DNA of 64,000 nt, from positions 13,640,001-13,704,000 of the forward strand of contig OX597833.1 of the NCBI GenBank assembly GCA_951406725.2. Direction: 5' to 3'. The notes below the pieces were generated by a model, which made no database searches, was not told the origin of the DNA, and saw only the letters and a program-made list of their open reading frames with translations. Shown in pieces: positions 15,410 through 28,322 of this stretch (the stretch's first letter is position 1; each line of letters begins with the position of its first letter). The stretch is from Octopus vulgaris (Eukaryota). The position numbers were made by a program, and so were the translations under genes.

Positions 15410-15541
15410 TATATATATATACCGGAGTAAGCACATAAATGTGAAACAAGGTGGAGAAAAAGAGTACTCAGATACCAGATGTAGAGTAATATGCTTTATT
15501 TATTTAATTCTTTGATAGAATTGTCATATCGGTCCAATTTT

Positions 15542-15594
15542 AACAAAACTGTCCGACGAACGGGAACGTGAAACTCCGAGTAACAGGTTTTGTT
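15542..15594 (+). ncRNA. Type I hammerhead ribozyme motif (CCGACGA core variant)
   Basis: aacaaaactgt-CCGACGA-ACG ggaa CGT-GAAACTC c GAGTA-acaggttttgtt, followed by AATAAA. Confidence 0.55.
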
Positions 15595-16299
15595 GAATTT
15601 CTGCTGCTTTTAAATAAAGTATATACATATATATAGATATTTATATATGATTTGCCATGATAGATCGCTAGCCACTACACATTCTTTATTTTCTCTCCTT
15701 GTTTCTTTCTGTGTTCCTTCCTGGGGAAGAGCGTAGGCTCGAAATGTTAAAGGCTTTTTCACTTCCCGAGCGTTAAACTAATACATCTGTTTGTTGTCTA
15801 CACAACCTGTCTACGTCTTTTGTTTTGTTTTTTTTTGTGAATTCTCCCTATATATGTGTGTGTGTGTATTTATAAAAGAGGTGACTCCCCTTCAGTCATG
15901 AATGATCAAAGGGATTGCAGTGTCCCCTTTCTGTGCCACTAATGTTACCCAAGGAAAAAACAAAGGGACCAATACAGCCTGGCACCAGTGATGTCCCAAC
16001 TCATTTCTACAGCTGAGTGAAGTGGAGTAACATAAAATAAAGTGTCTTGCTCAGAAACACAACACAACCTGATCCAGGAATTGAACTCACTACCCCATGA
16101 TTGTGAGCCCAACGCTCTTACCACTGAGCCATATACTCACAGTACAGGGTAGAGACGATTACTTGTCAGACCATTTTCAGAGTGATGTCATAATGACTCT
16201 ACATGTAATAGAACGAAACTCATTCATTTATATATGATGGGCCTGGTGCAGCCTCCTGGCTTCCCAGAACCCATGCCAGCATGGAAAACGGATGTTAAA

Positions 16300-16306
16300 C
16301 GACGAC

Positions 16307-16340
<34 letters not shown>

Positions 16341-16852
16341 GTGATGGTGATGATGATGATGATGACGACGACGATGATGATGATGATGACGACGACAATG
16401 ATGATGACGATGACGACGATGAAAATAACGATGTTGATGATGACGATGATGATGACGATGATGGTGATGATGACAATGATGATGATGATGACGATGACGA
16501 TGATGACGACGATGACGATGATGATGATGATGACGATGATGATGATGATGATGATGATGAAGATTGCGATGGTGACGATGATGGTGAGAATGATGATGAC
16601 GATGATGACAACGACGATGATGATGATGATGATGATGATGATGGTGATGACAATGATGATGACGACGATGATGATGATGACGATGACGATGACGATGATG
16701 ATGATGATGACGATGACGATGATGACGATGATGGTGATGATGACGATGATGATGATGATGATGACGATGATGATGACGATGATGATGACGATGACGATGA
16801 CAATGACGATGATGATGATGATGATGACTATGACGATGATGACGATGATGGT
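16300..16852. repeat. (GAT/GAC)n array expanded from a family C tail
   Basis: Follows catggaaaacggatgttaaac directly. Confidence 0.92.
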
Positions 16853-17539
16853 GACATACATACATACGTATATACATAAGTTCATGAAAGACCATCAGTC
16901 AGCCATGCATACCAGCCTCCTCTCTCCACACTATCATATGTACATAGGGCAATGAGTAAAGACCCCCTTCGGTCATGAATGACCAGGGAGGCTGCACCTA
17001 AAAATTATGATGCAAAATTAAAACCCAAGCATATATGTTGGAATAAAATGAGAAATAGTTTTTCATCAAAGAAATGTTAAACATAAGGACCCTGCCAATC
17101 CTAGCTAACTCTCCTTGTTGTCGAGGTAGTCTAATTAGGTTATACGCACCACCATATGGCTAAATTACTTTGAATTGCTCATCCTAAATGATAAGTCCGC
17201 ACCTTCAGTATTTCATTCTGTAGCAGCAGGCTTGACTGTGTGGTTAACAAGCTACCTTTGAAACCATGAGGGTTTTAAGTTCAGTCCCACTGTACACCAA
17301 GATGGATTAAGTCCCATGGAGGCCCTAAGCGCTTAAAAGACTTTGGTGACAGGCAGAAACAAGGGAAATGTCCCCTTGTATTTGAATACAATGCAAATGT
17401 TCTTTTAAAAAGCTTTTCTTTGGTCGGCCTGAGGCTATAGCAGAAGACACTTGCCCAAGGTGCCATGCTGTGGGACTGAACCCAGAACAATTTGGTTGGT
17501 AAGCAAGCTACTTACCACACAGCCACTCCTGCACCTATG

Positions 17540-17835
17540 TACATGCATATATGTATGTATGTATGTATGTGTGTGTGTATGTATGTATGTATGTATGTGT
17601 GTATTTATGTGTGTATGTATGTATGTATGTATATATGTATGTATGTATGTGTGTGTGTGTATGTATGTATGTATGTATGTGTGTGTGTGTGTATGTGTGT
17701 ATGTATGTATGTATGTATGTATGTACGTATATGTATGTATGTATGTATGAATGTATGTATGCATGAATGTATGTATGTATGTATGTATGTATGTGTGTGT
17801 ATGTATGTGTGTATTTATGTGTGTATGTATGTATG

Positions 17836-17868
<33 letters not shown>

Positions 17869-18290
17869 GTGTGTGTATGTGTGTATGTATGAATGCATGT
17901 ATGTATGAATGTATGAATGTATGCATGTATGTATGTGTATATGTATGTATGTATGCATGTATGTATGTGTGTGTGTATGTGTGCATGTATGTATGTGTGT
18001 GTGTATGTATGTATGTGTGTATGTATGTATGTACGTATCTATGTATGTATGTATGTATGTATGAATGTATGTATGTATGTACGTATTTATGTATGTATGT
18101 GTGTATGTATGTGTGTGTATGTATGTACGTATGTATATGTGTATGTATGTATGTATGAATGTATGTATGTGTGTATGAATGTATGTATGTATGAATGTAT
18201 GAATGTACGTATGTATGTGTGTATGTATGTGTGTGTATGTATGTATGTGTGTATGTGTGTATGTGTGTATGTATGTATGTATGAATGTAT
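17540..18290. repeat. (TATG)n/(TG)n array
   Basis: Seen directly. Confidence 0.95.
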
Positions 18291-18446
18291 ACAGGATATG
18301 AGAAGTTTTCAACAGGATGACTCAAACTAGTAGGTATGTGTTCTGAGAGTTCTTTTTGATTTAATTAAATGCAATTAAATGTTTTGCACCAGTATTGTCT
18401 AATTGTTTGCATTTCTTCACTAATTTAACCCATATATACGTGTGTA

Positions 18447-18493
<47 letters not shown>

Positions 18494-18509
18494 ATATATA
18501 AATGGATAT

Positions 18510-18928
18510 ACTCTTTTACTCTTTTACTTGTTTCAGTCATTTGACTGCGGCCTGGCTGGAGCACCGCCTTTTGTCGAGCAAATCAACCCTGGGACTTATT
18601 CTTTGTAAGCCCAGTACTTATTCTATCGGTCTCTTTTGCCGAACCGCTAAGTAATGGGGATGTAAACACACCAGCATCGGTTGTCAAGCAATGCTAGGGG
18701 GACAAACACAGACACACATATATATACACACTCGTACATATATATATATATATACATACATATATACGACAGGTTTCTTTCAGTTTCCGTCTACCAAATC
18801 CACTCACAAGGCTTTGGTCGTCCCGAGGCTATAGCAGAAGACACTTGCCCAAGATGCCACGCAGTGGGAATGAACCTGGAACCATGTGGTTGGGAAGCAA
18901 GCTACTTACCACACACCCACTCCTGCAC
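18510..18928 (-). mobile_element. Family A SINE, full length
   Basis: Head, core, microsatellite and tail all present. Other copies at 22290-22703(-), 23705-24067(-), 26765-27170(+), 40277-40658(-), 49315-49721(-) and 57437-57755(+). Confidence 0.85.
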
Positions 18929-20154
18929 CATATATGTATGTCTTTGTATTTGTGTTTGTTTCCCATTACTACTTGACAACCAGTGTTGGTGTGTTTACAT
19001 CCCTGTAACTTAACAGTTCAGCCAAAGACCAGTAGAATAAATACCAGGATTTAATAAAAAAAAAAAAATAGAGGTATTGGGGTCACTTCATTCAACTAAA
19101 ATTCTTTAAGGCAGTGCCCCAGCATGGCCACAGTCTAATGATTGAAACAAGTAAGAGAAACAGTTATAAATGAGCTAAATGAGCTTCCTTCTGTTTCCAT
19201 TTACCAAATGCTCTCACAAGAGTTTTGTTGTCCCAGGGCTATAATGGATAACACTTAACCAAAGTACCGTTGTGCATTGGGGCAAAATCTGACACCAATT
19301 GCTTTAAAAAACAATATATATATTTACTACTACATTCTGCTTTGATTCCTTTTACCAAACACACACACACAGATAAGTAAGGCCCACTCATGTACATACA
19401 AGAATATTGCCCCTATCACAACTAGGGTAAAGGGTAAAGCCCCACTTTGGTCATGAATGACCATGGGATAACACCCAGAAAGTTCCCCTCTGAGGCACAA
19501 GTCCAGGAAAGGCTGTTTATGAAAGACCAGCAGTCACCCATGCATACCAGCTTCCTCTCTCCACAGTATCATATGTACATAGGGCAAAGAATAAAGACCC
19601 CCTTTGGTCATGAATGACCATGGGGTTGCACCTAAAAAGTTACCCTCAGAGGCACAAGTTCGGGCAAGGTTGTTTATGGTGGCGAGCTGGCAGAAATGTT
19701 AGCACGCCAGGCAAAATGCCTAGCGGTATTTCGTCTGCCGCTACGTTCTGAGTTCAAATTCCATCGAGATCAACTTTGCCTTTCATCCTTTCGGGGTCGA
19801 TAAACTAAGTACCAGTTATGCACTGGGGTCGATATAATCGATTTAATCCATTTGTCTGTCTTTGTTTATCCTCTCTGTGTTTAGCCCCTTGTGGGTAGTA
19901 AAGAAATAGGTTGTTTATGGGAGACCAGCAGTTGCTCATGCATAGCAGCCCCTACTCTCCTTACCACTGATGTTATCCAAGGGAAAGGCAAAGGGGCCGA
20001 TACAGCTTGGCACCAGTGACATCACAACTCATTTCTACAGCTGAGTGAACTGGAGCAACATGAAATAAAGTTTCTTGCTCAAGAACTCGACATACAGCCA
20101 GGGCTGGGATTCGAACTCACAACCTCATGATTGGAGCCAACTAAAACAAAAAAA

Positions 20155-20478
20155 AGGGAGCACTCCGTCGTTATTGCGACAACGAGGGTCCCAGCTGATA
20201 CGATCAACGGAACAGCTTGCTCGTGAAATTAACATATAAGTGGCTGAGCATTCCACAGACACGTGTACCCTTAATGTAGTTCTCGGGAAGATTCAGTGTG
20301 ATACAGAGTGTGACAAGGCAGGCCCTTTGAAATACAGGTACTACTCATTTTTGCCAGCTGAATGGACTGGAGCAACGTGAAATAAAGTGTCTTGCTCAAG
20401 GACACAACGCATCGCCAGGAACTGAACTCGCGACCTTACGATCACAAGCCGAATGCCCCTAACCACTAAGCCACGCGT
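20155..20478 (-). mobile_element. tRNA-derived SINE (family E head) with tail Y
   Basis: gtggcttagtggttagg head, ccttgagcaagacac core, and a tail shared with the copies at 28595 and 58298. Confidence 0.75.
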
Positions 20479-22058
20479 GCACACACACAGATATACGGAC
20501 TTCACACAATTAGTTCCCTTATGGCAACATATGCTGAAGATTTGGTAAGGATAAATATCTCGAGTGTTCTTGAAATAGGCTTCACCCAATAAAGGAACCA
20601 ATGTCACAACGTAACAAGTCTTTAAGCCCTTCAGGGAATTTTACAACAACAACAACAACAACATAACAACAACAGCAGCAGCAAGTTATACATATTGACT
20701 GAATTAGAAATAAGAAATTCTTCAGATTTGGAAATTGTTAAAAATAGATCAGAGAATTGCTATTTTTACATCCTGTTAGTTTGGTGGAGATGTTTCTTTT
20801 GGTGTGGGTGGAAGATGCAGCCTGTACATATACGTCAGGCTGGGGGTAGGAATGATGGCTTCCCTTTGGTAAATATACTTCAAGATGTTGTGTGGCTTCT
20901 GTTTATATCTCGCTCAGAGATTCATTATTGCTTGTTTTCACTTTTTCAAGATCAGTGACTTTCGGTCACTGGAAAAAGTATATATACATATATATATAAG
21001 TTCAGCAAAAATTTAGATTTGAATGAATATGGTACTTAATTTAGATGCACCAGAATTTTGTATGGTGTTATCCATAAAAATTTGTGGGGTGATTATAATC
21101 AAAAATAAGCAACAAGAATAACTTCGGTAATTTGGTACAATCGTTTCATACTACATCATTTTATTAAATGTTGTAAGTATTACAACAGATTTAAAATGCT
21201 GAGCACTCATCAGCCAATTATAGAGGTTTTCCATTAATACAAAAGTTTTCAAATCAAGTGGCAACATTATAGAGAAGGTAGATATACAGATAAAGATGTA
21301 GATTTAAATTTTAAGAACATATGAGGTAGTGAAGTGCAAAAACAATTGTACCAAATTACCGGAGTCATTCTTGTTGCTTATTTTGTACGGCTGATTTTTT
21401 TCCCTCTGTCTTCCCTTCTCGGGATCTTTCCTTCTCCTATGTTTCCGACGAAGAGCTCCGCTTGAAATGTTAAACCCTCCTTCTTCCCTTCTTTCCTGAG
21501 CGTCCAATAATACTTTATTTGTTCCACGTTCTCGCGTTGCTGTGTTTTTTTGTTTTTTTGTGTTTTCTTGTTTGGATTAACTATATATATATATATATAT
21601 AATTAATTTACGAAGGTGTCATTAATTCTATTATAATCCAATTCTATTATTATCCAATTTTTGGTGAATTATTTTTCTCGTAAATTGTATCGAGATTATT
21701 TTACACTGGTGGCTGTTGTGATTTCGGCGTGAAACAAATCAGTTGCAGCACAGACTTCGAAGCAATAGGTTGGAAGTCTCTAATCATGGTAACGCGTGCT
21801 GAAGAAGCAAAGGTTTTATTTTACCAAAGCAGAAACCGGTGCGTGTGAGTCCAAATGCTTAAATGTATGTTAGTAGATTGTCTTAACCTGATTTTGCCTT
21901 CATTTGATTTCGGTAATTTTCATCAGTGTATTTTTGGCGATTTAATAAGAGTTTTGACTGTTATTTCAAGCTGGTAGACATACTTAGTATGTCCTTTGAT
22001 TAATTTATATATATATATTTGCATTGAGAACTACTTCCCATCGCCAACAGTCGGTTGT

Positions 22059-22103
22059 CACACGCTGATGACGGGTCAATACCCAGAAACTCGGGTCCAT
22101 GTG
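22059..22103 (+). ncRNA. Type I hammerhead ribozyme motif
   Basis: cacacg-CTGATGA-cGGGT caat ACCCa-GAAAC tcgg GTC-catgtg. Confidence 0.65.
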
Positions 22104-22818
22104 TATTACATCAGGCAGGAGAATGGATTGATGACTTCCCTTAGTAAATAATGATAGGGCACAGATAGTGTGTCAATAGCCAGCTGGAGGAGATGTCTTT
22201 CTGGGGCTACAAGCTACAGTAGCATCGACCCTTAAGGGTTAGCCACATTTAGGTGACAAATATACTTTACAATGTTGTGCGGCTACTCTTTTACTTTCTC
22301 TTTTATTTGTTTCAGTCATTTGGCTGTGGCCATGCTGGAGCACCACCTTTACTCGAGCAAATCGACCCCAGGACTTATTCTTTGGAAGCCTAGTAAATAT
22401 TCTATCGGTCTCTTTTGCCGAACCGCTAAGTTACAGGGACATAAACACATCACCATCGGTTGTCAAGCGATGTTGGAGGAGACAAACATAGACACACAAA
22501 CATACACACACACATACATATATACATATATATATATACATATATACGACAGGATTCTTTCAGTTTCCATCTACCAAATCCACTCACAAGGCTTTGGTTG
22601 GCCCGAGGCTATAGTAGAAGACACTTGCCCAAAGTGCCATGCAGTTGAATGAACCTAGAACCATGTTGTTGGTAAGCAAGCTACTTACCACACAGCCACT
22701 CCTCAGAAATTTATCATGGTATGATCTACATAGCTTGAAACTGCTGTAAACTTACCACACAGATACACCTGTACCTAACAGCCAGAGCAATATAATTTCA
22801 GTAAATATCCTTTATGCA

Positions 22819-22946
22819 TGATTCTGAAGAATCGATTTTTAATACTGTGTCAGTCAAGAACACCCCCTGTATTAATTGTTGCATGTACTACTGAAAAATA
22901 TAGCAATGCTGAGGAGATTGATTTTCGATGAAACACTTGTAAATCA
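22819..22946 (+). ncRNA. Type I hammerhead motif with ~100-nt stem II domain
   Basis: tgatt-CTGAAGA-ATCGA...TCGAT-GAAAC actt GTA-aatca, followed by AATAAA. Confidence 0.6.
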
Positions 22947-23053
22947 ATACAATAAAAGAATTTTCTCACTCCATTCTTCATGGCTAGAATTACACACACA
23001 CACAAATTTATATACACACTCATATATGTACATATATATATGTGTGTGTGTAC

Positions 23054-23124
<71 letters not shown>

Positions 23125-23211
23125 TACATATATACATAAATGTAACAGATGGTATAATTGTAAATAGGGCAAATTTTTAGCCATTTCTCCACCAACTGAA
23201 AAAAATGAAGA

Positions 23212-23254
23212 ACCTTAATCAATTTTCGAACCTTATTGCATTCTCATCAGAGGT
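23212..23254 (-). ncRNA. Minimal type I hammerhead motif (downstream tandem copy)
   Basis: acct-CTGATGA-GAAT gcaataag GTTC-GAAAAT tg ATTA-aggt. Confidence 0.65.
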
Positions 23255-23517
23255 GTCTACATCATTCTGACAGTCCCCAGAGAAACAAGCATCCAAACTG
23301 TTTATATACTCAACAAATGCAGCAGTTACTCTATGATGGAGTCCCTAATTTTCATACCAAATGTATTTAAACACTCTATAAAAACCAGCAGCCTGTCAAT
23401 GCGGATCTTAATCCACACAGTATCGAGGTATGATGTAATAATTATGTAACATATTGTATAATTATAAACAGGGCAAATTTTTAGCCATTTCTCCACCAAC
23501 TGAAAAAATGATGAACA

Positions 23518-23560
23518 ACCTTAATCAATTTTCGAACCTTATTGAGTTCTCATCAGAGGT
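23518..23560 (-). ncRNA. Minimal type I hammerhead motif (upstream tandem copy)
   Basis: acct-CTGATGA-GAAC tcaataag GTTC-GAAAAT tg ATTA-aggt. Confidence 0.7.
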
Positions 23561-23817
23561 GTCTATATCATTCTGACAGTCTCCACAGAAACAAGCAGCC
23601 AAATTGTTATAAGGATCTTTGACTCTTGTTTCTAGCAATGTATGTGCTGCTCTATACTCTCAGCCACTATTAGTGACAATTGAAATTTTCGTTTTTGGTT
23701 TTATAAGCTTAGTACTTATTCTATTGAGCTCTTTTGCTGAACCACTAAGTTACAGGACATCACACATTGACACTGGCTCTCAAGCAGTGGTGGGAGGACA
23801 AACACATATACAAAAAT

Positions 23818-23849
<32 letters not shown>

Positions 23850-24147
23850 ACATACACACCCACAAAGACACATACATATATATATATATATATTCAAATA
23901 TATATAACAACTGGCTTTCCTTCAGTTTTCTGTCTACCAAATCCATTCTTAAGGCTTTGGTCAGCTTGAGACTATAGTAAAAGACACTTGCCCAAGGCGC
24001 CATGCAGTGGGACTGAACTTGAAACCATGTGGTTGGGAAGCAAGATTCTTACCACACACCCACGCCTTGAGTTTTTAAAAAAATTATCCGATTTCACTGA
24101 AATAGATAGCTAATTCTGGGACACCCTGTGTATATATATATATATAT

Positions 24148-25096
24148 TGAAGTAGATAAATGAATTATCTTATTACGGATAATTCAAATGATAACCGATA
24201 CCTGGGTAGCAAAAATCACAACAGTGTCTTTACCATTTGATAAGGGCAAAAAAATCTGTGCTCTTTGTAACTCAGAACTTTTTCATATTCTGTTCGCCCG
24301 AGGGCAGCTTGTTAACTCGATTGTGCAAAATTCTTTCAGATGCCCCCACTGGAAACAGCATACCTTTCTCTCATACCAATGAAGTCTAATATAGATAACC
24401 CCTGGATTTCCTAAAAAAATTGAAAAAAATTTGAATAAAATTTGAAAGGGGATATCCCTTCCCTGTTAGTATAAGAACTGCTAGTTGTCTAGAACTGCTG
24501 CCATCCCTGACAGCAGCACTGTATCCTGCCATGGCCATTGTGGACACCCCCTCTCTCTATCAAGTGGTCACATACGAACACACAGACACAGTTTTTTCAG
24601 TTTCTTGACCATTAATACCTGCTATATCTCTCTCTCTTTCTGCCTTCGAAACACACTGTCACACATACATAGACGCACACACACATACATGAAAGCAATT
24701 TCTCACACTCAAACACTCTAACACTCATTCTTAAAATAATTCAAATATAAACACCAGTCATACAGAATACATTCCCATTCTTTGATTTTCCTGTACCCCC
24801 CTTCTGCTAACCGGATTCTGACCTTGAACTATCTCAACGGACAATCTCTTCTGCTTTCACCCAGTCTGGCATCAATGCATATAGATAGACAGCTTGTGCC
24901 ATTTATTTCATGGGCTCCTCGTGAGCGTTTGTCGAAAAGCTTGTTGTGCATTTTGTTGGAGAATTAAGTTCCTGGATTTTCCTGAAGAGAAGGCTGCAAA
25001 ATGTACTCCTTATTCAATCCGAATTAGGGACTTTGCAGCCTTCGAAACATATGTAGAAAATAATAAAAAGGAATTTTGTTAAATCTTCGTTCAGCT
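24148..25096 (+). mobile_element. 3' part of a Penelope-like element (endonuclease C-terminus plus terminal repeat) inserted in (TA)n
   Basis: ORF 24188-24382 (PFDKGKKICALCNSELFHIL...LVN...RCPH) fits the CxLC..E..IL..N..CxH tail of PLE GIY-YIG domains. The segment ends in a hammerhead plus AATAAA, with (TA)n on both sides. Confidence 0.65.
24976..25061 (+). ncRNA. Canonical type I hammerhead ribozyme
   Basis: attttc-CTGAAGA-GAAGGCTGCAAA...TTTGCAGCCTTC-GAAACA ta TGTA-gaaaat: 6-bp stem I, 12-bp stem II and a GUA site after 25055. Confidence 0.8.
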
Positions 25097-25112
25097 TCAT
25101 TTCTTCCTACAC

Positions 25113-25207
<95 letters not shown>

Positions 25208-25559
25208 TATATACATATATACATATATATACATATATATATATATATACACACATATATATATGTATGTATGTAATCATTATAATCATCATTTAAGGTT
25301 TGTTTTTCCATGCTGGCATGGGTTGGATGGTTTGACTGGGCTGGCAAGCTGGAAGGCTGTACTAGACTCTAGTCTGATTTGGCCTGGTTTTCTACGGCTG
25401 GATGCCCTTCCCAACGCCATCCCCTCCGAGAGTGTAATGGGTGCCACGAGCACAGGTGCCATTTGTGTGACACCAGTATCTGCCATGACTGCGATTTTGT
25501 TTGGTTTGATGGGTCTTCTTCTCAAGCATGACATAATGCCAAATATATATATCTTTATT

Positions 25560-25851
25560 CCTTCTCGAGCCATGCCTGGCTCATAAGGGCTGGTTTCCCG
25601 GTTTCCTTGGCGTATAGGTTCCCCACCTGGACAGGACGCCGGTCCTTTGCAGGTGAGCTGCAAGATGTAGGAGGAAAGAATGAGAGTAAATTGTGGTGAA
25701 AAAGTCAGCAGAAGTTCGCCATTACCTTCCGCCAGAGCCGCGTAGAGCTTAGGTGTTTCGCTCATAAACACAGACATTGCCCGGTCTGAGATTCGAACCC
25801 GTGATCCCTCGACCACGAATCCGTTGCTCTAATCACTAGGCCATGTGCCTC

Positions 25852-25852
<1 letters not shown>
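25560..25852 (-). mobile_element. Family D-like SINE head with a third tail type
   Basis: ggaggcacatggcctagtg...gagcgaaacacctaagctc head, then ggaccggcgtcctgtccagg...gaaaccggga tail. Confidence 0.7.
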
Positions 25853-25895
<43 letters not shown>

Positions 25896-27448
25896 GTACA
25901 AAGTAAAATAGGGGTTATGGATGTGACCCACTATGGGATATCAATTATCCAATATACTGTTGGGATGTGTATATGTACATGTGCTGAATAGCATGAGTCT
26001 GTATATAAGTGAGTATATGTCTGTATGTATGTGAGTGTGTACTTGAATATGTCTATTTAGGTGGGGCTGTGAAGAGACAAGATGAAGGATGTGTGCCCCT
26101 ATATATGTTTAGATATATGTGTGGGTGTGTGAGTGCACGTGTGTGTGTATGTATGTATGCGCACATGCACAGATGCGTATATTTATGTCTGAGTGTCTGT
26201 CTGTGTGTGTGTGTGTGTCAGTGTAGGCAGCCACTTTCACCAATATTCTTGACCATACCGTCACATTTGATTGTCACAGCCAGTTACCAAAAGGTCCCCA
26301 CATTCTATAGAAGTTCAATCCCATGCCTTACACACACACCCCACCACCCCATTTACATTAAATTCTTTGTATTTTTTTATTAGTTTTTTAGTAACCACTT
26401 CTTGACCACAATTATAACCCCCCCCCCCCGTTTACTTTAGATTGTTTATTTTTTATTCTCTTTACTTTTTTATGAACCACTTCCTGACCACAACTTCCTC
26501 TCTCCACCAAATGTGTCCGAACCGCAAGCAACTCACCACCACCATATAATCTTGGAGCAAAAACGAAATGCAAATCTTATAACTTTTGAAACATGCTACG
26601 TCACCTGATGAGGTTCACTTCACTGTGCGTTGCATCTGGTGTCATTACATCATTCTACACCCACTTGGAAGCAGTGCAGAATGAAGCCAAAACGATTGTT
26701 GAGCTAATAAAGCTTCTAATTACAATCCATCTTTCATATCACTCGTTTAATATATATATATATCAGGAGTGACTGTGTGGGTAAGTAACTTGCTTACCAA
26801 CCACATGGTTTTGGGTTCATTCCCACTGCGTAGCACCTTGGGCAAGTGTCTTCTACTATAGCCTCGGGCCGACCAAAGCCTTGTGAGTGGATTTGCTAGA
26901 TGGAAACTGAAAGAAGCCCGTCGTATATATGTATATATATATATATATGTATATGTGTGTGTATATGTTTGTGTGTCTGTGTTTATCCCCTCCAACATCG
27001 CATGACAACTGATGCTGGTGTGTTTATGTCCCCGTAACTTAGCTGTTCAGCAAAAGAGACCGATAGAATAAGTACTAGGCTTCCAAAGAATAAGTCCTGG
27101 GGTCGATTTGCTCGACTAAAGGTGGTGCTCCAGCATGGCCACAGTCAAATGACTGAAACAAGTAAATGAGAGAAAAGAGAGAAAAAAAAATATATATATA
27201 TACACACACACAGACAAGAAAACAAATAAAATGTGAATATGTAATTTTAATTCACTCTTCTACAAAAGCATTCTTTGCAGCGATTTATGTCAGAGAAACA
27301 TTTTCTCACTATAAAATCAAATTGTTTTTTACTCCCAGACTATATGAGAGAACATTTTCTCAATGACAAAATCTCATAGCGAATATCTTACAGATTCTAG
27401 TATGCAGGTGCAACTTAAAAATAAATATACAGTTTTTTGACAGAAACA

Positions 27449-27492
<44 letters not shown>

Positions 27493-27988
27493 GTATGTAT
27501 ATCATCATCATCATCATCGTTTAGCGTCCATTTTCCATGCTAGCATGGGTTGGACGGTTTAACTGGGGTCTGTGAAGCCAGAAGGCTTCATCAGGCCCAG
27601 TCAGATCTGGCAGTGTTTCTACGGCTGGATGCCCTTCCTAACGCCAACCACTCCGAGTGTGTAGTGGGTGCTTTTTACGTGCCGCCCGCACGTAAATATA
27701 TAAATTAATTATATTAAGGGCTATTACTGTAAGTAAATGCCTCATGCTGTAATGGGACTCTAAAGTCAAACAACATCAATAAATGTACACGCCACGGAAA
27801 GCAGGGGAATGCAACTTGGAAAGTTACCTTTTAGAAACAGATTTAGTCGGATACCTTTAATGACTGGATTGTCTGTGGATTGCTCGGTCATTTGCACATT
27901 AATTTCATGAGCAGGCTGTTCCGTTGATCCTATCAGCTGGGAACCTCGTCGTCGTAATCGATGGAGTGCTCCTACCTATATATATATA

Positions 27989-28284
27989 CAGTGGTGGACT
28001 GGGTCTAATAATATTGGTTGCAAGGACACCCACAACTACAAGGGGCCCACCCACAACTACAATGCTATCATTTAATTTTTTTTTTTTTTAAGTATTCTTT
28101 TCAAGTGTCTACAAACACAGCCAGGATGAAATAATTAATGCATTCTTCCTGGAGTGAATAAAACATTTTCAAAGTTGAGGGAATGGGCCCCTTAGATACT
28201 AACATGGGCCCCCATATACGGATTTTAATGCTGCAGGGGCCCACTTGCCATTGGGCAAGCTGGCAACCTGGCCAGTCCACCCTG
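27989..28284. mobile_element. hAT-type MITE
   Basis: TIRs CAGTGGTGGACTGG and CCAGTCCACCCTG, internal gggccc repeats, in (TA)n. Confidence 0.75.
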
Positions 28285-28289
28285 TATAT

Positions 28290-28322
<33 letters not shown>

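Noticed and set aside
16224-16955. Poly-Asp/His/Ser ORFs, also at 33522-34205 and 45558-46063
   Set aside because: They are trinucleotide arrays with no unique coding islands, and the 16.3k array grows from a retroposon tail
24989-25043. pre-miRNA-like hairpin
   Set aside because: It is flanked exactly by CUGAAGA and GAAA, so it is better explained as hammerhead stem II
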